Source: Octopus vulgaris
Lineage: Eukaryota
Assembly: GCA_951406725.2 (NCBI GenBank)
Contig: OX597815.1
Span: 46,376,001-46,440,000 of the forward strand
Length of the DNA: 64,000 nt
Direction: 5' to 3'
Part shown: positions 55,504 through 64,000 of the stretch, one piece after another
How positions within the stretch are numbered: position 1 is the stretch's first letter
How the letters are laid out: the number at the start of each line of letters is the position of its first letter
Translations under genes and position numbers: made by a program
The notes under the pieces: generated by a model
Database searches by the model: none
What the model was told of the DNA's origin: nothing
The model's input: only the letters and a program-made list of their open reading frames with translations

Positions 55504-55982
55504 TTTCTTTACGAGAAATATCCTTTCACTCTCTATTCGTTACTTGTATAGCGTCAAATATTTATGTAATGCAGCGTGAAAATTTTAATTTTAATTTTAA
55601 TGTATTAATTGAATTATATTTCGTATATAATTATTTACAATATGTATTGTGAATCGACTCTTCGATTTAAGGTTTCTTTCGAGTTTTATAATAGGACGAA
55701 TTTATTATTTTGTTTATTTTGTTCATTGCATGTGTAAGAACGTTAATTGAAAGGATCACTGAAAGAAATCCATTTTTAAAGGTGTATCCTTTAATTAGTT
55801 TTGATCATTTCGTTATTTCTGTTCTATTTTAACAAAACTGTTCGACGAACGGGAACGTGAAACTCTAAGTAACAGCTTTTGTTATATTTCTGCTGCTTTT
55901 AAATAAAGCATATTACTCTACCTCTGGTATTTGAGTACTCTTTTTTTCCACCTTGTTTCACATTTATGTGTTTACTCCGGTG
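54362..55982 (-). mobile_element. Penelope-like element (Naiad-type), 5' truncated, with inverted pseudo-LTR
   Basis: ORFs 55159-55344 (IDFLDV..KP..YI..SNHPP) and 54685-55131 (WFNP..VKTNIG..FL..HF..IFN..ISYSC; CxCx5C: CNCTDGTSC); frameshifted ILYRANV..EYI GIY-YIG start; 54362-54655 and 55560-55908 are inverted copies. Confidence 0.9.
55831..55883 (+). ncRNA. Hammerhead ribozyme motif with variant core in the inverted pseudo-LTR
   Basis: Stem I AACAAAACTGT/ACAGCTTTTGTT, TCGACGA core (CCGACGA in the sister arm), ACG-GGAA-CGT stem II, GAAAC-TCTAA-GTA. Confidence 0.65.
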
Positions 55983-56019
55983 TATATATATAATAATGAT
56001 GATAATAATAATAATAATG

Positions 56020-56082
<63 letters not shown>

Positions 56083-56085
<3 letters not shown>

Positions 56086-56391
56086 TTAGGGAGTATAACT
56101 CCAAACTTACAGGGATAAATTCAATTTAATATTAAATCAAATTTCACAATATAGATATATAAAATATAAATTAGAGATAAAAACCACTATTATGCAACTC
56201 AAACAGCGATAGACACAAACCAAAACATAAATAACAAATAATATATATTTTTATAAAACATATAATTAGATCTCAAAAAGTATAAAAATGAATGATCAAT
56301 ATATAATAAGTATAATACTTATTATATATTAATCATTCTTTTGGTTTATGTCTATCACTGTTTGAGTTGCATAATAGTAGTTTTATCTCTA

Positions 56392-56399
<8 letters not shown>
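56083..56399. mobile_element. Fold-back element, same family as 18381-18707
   Basis: Shared ATATTAGGGA..TCCAAACTTACAGGGA start; arms about 56164-56225 and 56339-56399. Confidence 0.8.
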
Positions 56400-56427
<28 letters not shown>

Positions 56428-56429
<2 letters not shown>

Positions 56430-56712
56430 TTTCCGTTTTTTCCGTCCTTGTTTTTGTATACATTCGCTGCTTTCTTCCAAGGAATCTAATGCTCTTAGCT
56501 TAGTTTCTCCTTGGGGTTGGCCAGATTGGAGCAATCCCGAGTATGATCAGCCGAAATTGCGAAGATAATCTGCTACTCGACTGAGGAAAGAAAACTCCGA
56601 ATGACCCGTCCTTGTTTTCTGTGTATCGTCTATCTGGATGTTTAATTGTCCCATTTTTGTATCCCCTAAATGTCCGGATGTTTAGGGTTCTTGTTCCATT
56701 ATATCTTTCTAT
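56428..56712 (+). mobile_element. Copy of the 9620-10345 repeat family
   Basis: Reverse-complement homology; CTGAGGA..CGAA..GTC degenerate hammerhead-like motif at 56581-56610. Confidence 0.6.
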
Positions 56713-56773
56713 GTATGTATGTATGTATGTATGTATGTATGTATGTATGTATGTATGTATGTATGTATGTATC

Positions 56774-56816
<43 letters not shown>

Positions 56817-56890
56817 CACGATTTATTTGTGATCAGAGTTGTTCGAAAACCGAAGTACTACTGTATATAGACGCAGACACACACACACAC

Positions 56891-56937
<47 letters not shown>

Positions 56938-57516
56938 ACACACACATACACACACATACAAAAGCAAACACGCACACACACACTCTCTCTCTCACTCTCT
57001 CTCACGAACACACATACACACGCGTATAGTTAGTCACATACATTTAGGGATGCAGGAATGGTGATTATGTACATATGAAGGCATGGATGAATGTCTCCAC
57101 TAATCTTGCTATGATATTATAAATGACAAAACGATTATTCGAACTCAAATACACCCAGTCACAATTGACTTAAAAATGTATTCGTACTTCTCATTTCCTT
57201 TCCTTTCTCTTCTTCATACACACATCATGCATACAACCACACGCAGACATACACACACATATACATGCATATATGTATATATATATATATACACATACTC
57301 ACACAAACATTCATGCATGCATGCATTCATACATACATACATACATACATACATACATACATACATAAATACATACATACATACATACATATATACATAC
57401 ATACATACATACAAATACATACATACATACATACAAAAATATTGATAAACAGGCAGACAGAAAAATAGATGAATACGCAGATAGACAGACAGACAGACAG
57501 ATAGATAGATAGATAC

Positions 57517-57584
<68 letters not shown>

Positions 57585-57649
57585 CAATGTTCTATATCTC
57601 ATATTTCCTTTTTTTTTTCCTTATTTCTACTGCGAATTTGGAATATGTG

Positions 57650-57862
57650 TGTGTGCTTGTGTGTGTGTCTGTGTTTGTCCCCCCCACCATCGCTTGTCAA
57701 CCGATGTTGGTGTGTTTACGTTCCCGTAATATAGCGATTCGGCAAAAGAGAACGATAGAATAAGTACTAAGCTTACAAAATATAAGTCCTGGGTCCGATT
57801 TATTCTACTAATGACGGTGGACCAGCATGGCCGCAGTCGAGTGACTGAAACAAGTAAAAGAG
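57650..57862 (+). mobile_element. SINE family B, 3' half
   Basis: Match to consensus. Confidence 0.8.
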
Positions 57863-57892
57863 TAAATAAGTGTAAATAGTATTTATATATAA

Positions 57893-57979
<87 letters not shown>

Positions 57980-58196
57980 CTTTAAAAGGGATATAGACAG
58001 AGGGGACAAACAAGGGACAGTCAAACCATTGAATATGCTAGATCGACCCCAGTGCGTAACTGGTACTAATTTATCGACCCCGAGGCGAACGTCGATGTCG
58101 CCTGGGGCTAAAACTGCAACAGTAACGGCACCCCCACCACCCGCCCTGTCCCTAGCCATATTTCAGATGGCTTTAGTCCCTTATGTTATATATATA

Positions 58197-58257
<61 letters not shown>

Positions 58258-58629
58258 GGACATACGTATGAGTAGAGATAGATAGATAGCAAATGTTCTA
58301 TATTTCAGCTTTGGCATTTATCTTATCATCTTTCTACATTTGATTTTGGTATCCGCATTCTTACTTCCTCTGAATCCTCTATCCTCCCACACTCTCCATA
58401 TCCCCTACTCTTTATTGTAAAATCGCTATAGAACTCACTGACCGACAGTGCACCCCCTCCTAATCTTAATTATTGCTAAATCCTAAAAAAAAAAAATAAA
58501 TAAAAAGGAAAAGAAAATGAAAAGATCTACAACTCAATTTCGACCTCTGGACGTTTTGGACGGTTTCAACATAAATACTCTTTAATGAAGATTGACTGGC
58601 TCTGAATGAACGCATTTACACACGTTGTA

Positions 58630-58701
<72 letters not shown>

Positions 58702-58903
58702 TGTGTGTGTCTGTGTGTGTGTGTGTATGTGTGTGTGTGTGTTGGAGCGAGTTTATGTGCTTGTTTCTGTAGATGCATTGTACAGCTCTACGCTTGGTTA
58801 ACGGTAGTGGGGCAATCTGCGTTATTTTATCGCAGTTACATCCTTTAATTCTCCTTCTCCCTCCGTTTATCAATATATATACTGATGTACACATTTGTAA
58901 ATG

Positions 58904-58968
<65 letters not shown>

Positions 58969-58984
58969 TAACATATATTTCTAT

Positions 58985-59385
58985 TCCTTTATTCTTTTAC
59001 TTGTTTCAGTCATTTCACTGTGGCCATGCTGGAACACCGCCTTAAAGAGTTATAGTCGAAGAAATCGACCCCAGAACTTGTTCTTTGTAACCCTAGTGCT
59101 TATTCTTTCGGTGTCTTTTGCCGAACCGCTACGTTACGGAGACGTAAGCACACCAGCATCGGTTGTCAAGCGATGACAGGGACCCACACACACACTCATG
59201 AATATATACATATACATATACGACGGATTTCTTTCAGTTTCCGTCTACCAAATCCACTTACAAGACTTTGGTCGGCTTGTGGGTATAGTAGATGACACTT
59301 GCTCAAGGTGGCCACGCAGTGGGACTGAACCCAGGAACATGAGGTTGGAAGCAAGCTTCATGCCACGCAGTCACACCTGCGCCTA
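58985..59385 (-). mobile_element. SINE family B, full length
   Basis: Reverse complement match. Confidence 0.85.
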
Positions 59386-59452
59386 ACACGTTTATACATA
59401 CATTTATGTCGATATATACATGCTTGTACACACGCGCGCGGACACACATATT

Positions 59453-59510
<58 letters not shown>

Positions 59511-60014
59511 GGGAGACAGATGAATTGATGCTTTTGTTTTCCTGTTTTTTTTTAATGTAAGTTTGTCGGATGAAGAGAGATAGTGTTCTTGTGATTTCCC
59601 AAACTATTCAGACAGAGAAGCTGATCAAGTCTAGCCTGGTACCAGGCTAGTTTTCACGAAAACTGCCATAAAGAGTAGTCAAGAATCAAGTGGTGACGTG
59701 GAAATGCGTGACATGTGAGGTTTTTGGTGACTGTGTGTGTGTGTGTGTGTGTGTATATTGTGTGTATGTGTATACATAATTTTGAGCGATGAAGTTTGGA
59801 GTATAATTATATTTCTGGGAAAAGGAGGTTAAATATGGTTATACTTGAAATTTCCCGACTACTCTATAGATAGCTCATTACACATCACTAAAGTGTCCTC
59901 TTGACCGATCGAATATTCATAAGTTTCCGATTAGTTACATACACAGACGCAGACACACAGGCACACACACACACTCACACACACATATATGAATATATAT
60001 ATAAATACATAAAA

Positions 60015-60245
60015 AGGCGGCGAGCTGGTAGAAACGTTAGCACGCCGGGCGAAATTCGTAGCCGTATTTCGTCTGTCGTTGTGTTCCGAGTTCAAATTCC
60101 GCCGAGGTCGACTTTGCCTTTCATCCTTTCGGGGTCGATAAATTAAGTACCAGTTACGCACTGGGGTCGATGTAATCGACTTAATCCCTTTGTCTGTCCT
60201 TGTTTGTCCCCTCTGTGTTTAGCCCCTTGTGGGTAGTAAAGAAAT
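60015..60245 (+). mobile_element. SINE family A, full length, tail A
   Basis: GGCGGCGAGCTGG head, B box GAGTTCAAATTCC, central domain, tail ending AAAGAAATA. Confidence 0.92.
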
Positions 60246-60307
60246 ATATATATAAATAACTTTATATGTGTGTGAGTGTGTGTGTGTGTGTTACCTATGT
60301 TGTAGAT

Positions 60308-60620
60308 AGGCGCGCGGCTCAGTGGTTAGAGCCTCGCACTCGCAATCATGAGGTTGTGAATTCGATTCCCGGACCCGGAGTGTTGTGTTCCTGAGCAAGA
60401 CACTTTATTTCATACTGCTCCAGTTCAATCAGCTAAAAAATGTGTTGCGACGTCACTGGTGTCAAACTGCATCGCCCTTTGTCTTTCTCTTGGATAATAT
60501 CGGTAACGTGGAGAGGCGACTGCTGGTCTTCCATAAACAACCTTGCCTGGACTTGTGCCTAGGAGCAGAACTTTCTAGGTGCAATCCCATGATCATTCAT
60601 GACAGAAGTGTATCTTTTTT
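60308..60620 (+). mobile_element. SINE, head H2 with a third tail (T3)
   Basis: A/B boxes clear; 3' part unrelated to T1 and T2. Confidence 0.75.
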
Positions 60621-60682
60621 ATGTTGTAAATATACAGGGCAAATTTACCTATTTCTTCGTAGATTGAAAAAAATGATGAATA

Positions 60683-60727
60683 ACTGTAATCGATTTTCGA
60701 GCCATATTGGTTTCTCATCAGAGACGT
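60683..60727 (-). ncRNA. Hammerhead-like core with weak stem I
   Basis: Minus: CTGATGA-GA-AA-CCA-ATA-TGG-C-TC-GAA-AATCGATT-A; palindromic stem III; flanks do not pair well. Confidence 0.45.
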
Positions 60728-60847
60728 CTACATCAACTTGATTAATCCCTAAGAAACAAGCAGCCTGTTTGTAGACTCAACAAATTCAGTAGTTACTGAG
60801 AACTGACAGTACTAATTTGCATACTGCGTTTCACACTTCATTATATA

Positions 60848-61080
60848 TATTTCTTTACTACCCACAAGGGGCTAAACACAGAGGGGACAAACAAGGACGG
60901 ACAAACGGGTTAAGTCGATTACATCGACCCCAGTGCGTAACTGGTACTTAATTTATCGACCCCGAAAGGATGAAAGGCAAAGTCGACCTCGGCGGGATTT
61001 GAACTCAGAACGTAACGGCAGACGAAATACGGTTACGCATTTCGCCCAGCGTGCTAACGTTACTGCCAGCTCGCCGCCTT
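60848..61080 (-). mobile_element. SINE family A, full length, tail A
   Basis: Close reverse complement of 60015-60245. Confidence 0.92.
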
Positions 61081-61142
61081 CAATTATATATACTAGCTTC
61101 ATTGTATACTAGCTTCATTATATATACACTTCATTATATATA

Positions 61143-61997
61143 CTAGCAGAAAACCGCCCTCCGGGCGGTCTTTCTGTTGGGTGCTTGGTAATATTTTTCA
61201 CAGTTGATTCCCAATTCTAATAATATATAGGGATTTATGGGAAAGAATATTCTTCTCCCATTAAACACGTTATAAGGAATGATCATGCCGAAGTAACACA
61301 CGCATGGTCCATTGAAAAATCATCAATACATGTGAGAGTGAAAATGGTGGGGGGTTTGCGTTGTGCTAGAAATAACAGCGAAACCTTCCTTGAATTGTTC
61401 ACATTATCCTCTGAAAATATTTACAATTTGGTTCTTTTTTTCTTTTTTACCGAAAAGGCTCCTCCCATGTTGTTTAAGTTAAAAAAGAAAATGGCCGAAA
61501 TCGGTCCGGATAGTTATTATTGTAAGGCTTACCACGTTCCAAACAGCCATAACAACAAAATCACCTTTTCTTTTACAAAAATTATACGGGTATTTTTAAA
61601 AATTGTCATTCAATAGATACTGTTTTTACATTACGTATACATTAATAGAATAAGCAGTCGGTTTTCCAAATAGCGAATTAAAACTTGAAATTAAAACATT
61701 GAAAGAGAAAGTGAGAGACTTTGCAAATGAAAATGGAATACTCCGCAGTGAATGTAATAAATATTTAAATTGGTGAAAAATTGGGCTCAGTGAATGCAAT
61801 GAATATGTAAGTTTGCGAGAAACTGGAGTTAAAAAATTCAATAAAGTTGAAAAATAAAAATTATAGGAAATCTCTTAGAATATGACTTTTTAAAAACATT
61901 ACCAGACGATCAACCCTTTAATAATTGCTTTCTTTTAGTACTTTTGGTGATTGTTACATACCTAATTAATAAGCAGCTTTCTCCATTATAATATAGA
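61143..61997 (-). mobile_element. Non-autonomous Helitron (about 855 bp)
   Basis: Minus strand A|TCTATAT start; ACCGCCC/GGGCGGT hairpin then CTAG|T end. Confidence 0.7.
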
Positions 61998-62032
61998 TAC
62001 GTGTATCTACGTATTAATGTGCGTAACTATAT

Positions 62033-62400
62033 GTGTGGCTGTGTAGTAAGAAGCTCGATTCCCAACCACATGGTTCGGGGATCAGCCCCACTGCGTGGCA
62101 CCTTGGGCGTGTGTCTTCTACTATAGCCTCTGACTGACCAAAACCTTGTGATTGGATTTGGTAGGTGGAAGCTGAAAGAAATCCGTCGTATATATATATA
62201 TATGTCTGTTCCACCACCATCGCTTCACAACCGATGTTGGTGTGTCTTCGTCCCTGTAACGTAGTGGTTAGTCAGAAGAGACCGATAGAATAAGTACTAG
62301 GCTTACAAAGAATAAGTCCTGGGGTCGATTTGTTCGACTAAAGGTGCTGCTCCAGCATGACCGCAGTCAAATGACTGAAACTAGTAAAAGAATAAAAGAA
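62033..62400 (+). mobile_element. SINE family B, full length
   Basis: Match to consensus. Confidence 0.88.
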
Positions 62401-62480
62401 TATATATATTTACATCTAAGGGAGTGATCGTGAGTCAGCACGCAAGATTGGAGATAAGTAGAGAGCTGTGTGTGTGCATG

Positions 62481-62531
<51 letters not shown>

Positions 62532-62707
62532 AAGAGCGTGTATATACACACGCGCTTCGCTATATGTATGTGTATGTATGTTGGTATGTATATATACTCA
62601 CAAATCTGAGAGGGTTTATATATATATATATATATATACAAGTGCATAAGTGTATATGCTGATCGATGTATGTATATATGTACGCAGAAGCATATATATG
62701 TATATAT

Positions 62708-63047
62708 GTAATTTAAGAAAAGTAGGGTATAAATACCACTTGCTAAAATCAAAGCCATAGCTCCAAAAGCCACCATAAAAATTGGATTTAAAAAATTCAA
62801 TAAAGATGAGAAATTGAAATAATAGGTAATTTCTTAGAACATGAATTTATAAAATTTCAAAGCGTGAAATCAATTGGTATTGAAATATGTATTACTTATC
62901 TTTGTATTCCAATCAGAGGTAAGCCTATTTCTGAAATATTCATTGCATTGATCGTGGTGTATCTTTATCGTATTTTTTATGGTGGTTTTTGAAGTTATGG
63001 CTTTGATTTTAGCAAATGGTATTTATGCCCTACTTTTCTTAAATTAC
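62708..63047. repeat. 74-bp inverted arms with about 190-bp spacer
   Basis: 62708-62781 and 62974-63047 are reverse-complement homologues; left end abuts a TA run. Confidence 0.85.
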
Positions 63048-63689
63048 TTTATATTGTAAAGGGCTGAACTTGCTAGCCGCCAAAAAAAGTTATGTATATA
63101 TGTATGTATATATAATTGCCTAAATATAGGTATGTATATACGTGTATGTACGAGAATTTTTGTGTATGTATATGTTAGTGCACGTATGCGTGTATAGAGG
63201 TACATATACATATGTTTATGTGTGACAGTGTATGTGAGTATGTATCCGACCACTGAATACGAAAAGTCAGCTTAAGAATTTTTTATGTGTAGCCAACCAT
63301 GAAGAACAGATCAGTGATACAACCAAATACAAGACCAATTCCATTTAAATGTCAGCCAATACCATCTACTACCATTCATAGCAGTCCGACAAACGTGCTC
63401 TCGCGGTACACAACATGGGTTTATCAGCCGCTAGTAGATTCACCACAACGAACAGAGGAGATGGCCTTGAGGTCGACGATTTTAAACTAACGGTAACAAC
63501 ACTCGTATATCTTCTGAGAAAGCACAGCTAGAACTCATTATGCAAACAAACAGTTGCATGATCAAATACCTGTATTCTTGGAGAACTACGTTGCGTCGAA
63601 ACAATTGTAGCGAATAATAAATGAATGTCCAACTGTAATCCTTCTTCTTGACTCTAGTTTCTTCAATTTTATATGTAACCTATATACAC

Positions 63690-63883
63690 TAAAGACTGGC
63701 CCAGGTCATGTCTAACTTAATAGCACTACCTGATAGGATTTGCTAAATCCTTTTTATATCAAGTCTTGTGATATCGTGGCCCATTTGTGTAGGGAATTCT
63801 TGTTGAATGAGTTATATCTCGGTATAGGTGGCTTATCAAATACTCCTTGAAGAAATTTATCCAGATTCCGTTTAAAGGTGATG
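63690..63883 (-). mobile_element. LINE (CR1/L2 group) extreme C-terminus and 3' UTR
   Basis: ITFKRNLDKFLQGVFDKPPIPRY..NSLHKW, matching FKxxLDxFL..PDxP..NSL. Confidence 0.65.
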
Positions 63884-64000
63884 TAATCGATACGCGCACG
63901 CACACACACACACATGCACACACAAATAGGATTGTGAATTTATAATATAGAAAACTGCCACAAAATTAAAATAAAGCTATAAGATGGGTGTATGTGTGTT

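Larger units (their letters stand above)
54108..56863. mobile_element. Separated TIRs of a pogo/Tigger-like element enclosing nested PLE-type inserts
   Basis: 54108-54152 and 56817-56863 are about 45-bp inverted homologues; right end terminates ...TACTACTG-TA. Confidence 0.6.

Overview
AT-rich, microsatellite-saturated eukaryotic DNA, most likely an Octopus (coleoid cephalopod) intron or intergenic region; the organism is inferred from the tRNA-derived SINE families and the (TA)n/(CA)n/(AAT)n/(GATA)n density. No intact host gene is recognisable, and nearly all ORF-track entries are translated microsatellites. The window holds about 45 SINE copies or fragments of several families, two DD37D (maT) transposon copies, mariner and pogo-like remnants, non-autonomous Helitrons, a solo LTR, CR1-type LINE fragments, a tandem stack of (TAA)n-targeting R4/Dong-like retrotransposons, and Penelope-like element (PLE, Naiad-type) remnants. 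The most striking signal, invisible in the ORF track, is a population of short, mostly (TA)n-embedded elements carrying minimal type I hammerhead ribozyme motifs and/or long fold-back inverted repeats; in two of them the fold-back junction lies in a hammerhead-like motif. A weak, phase-compatible chain of small plus-strand exons (about 4.1-4.7 kb, 12.3 kb, 24.0 kb) may be the host gene. All calls are by eye; boundaries are approximate unless TSDs or termini are cited.
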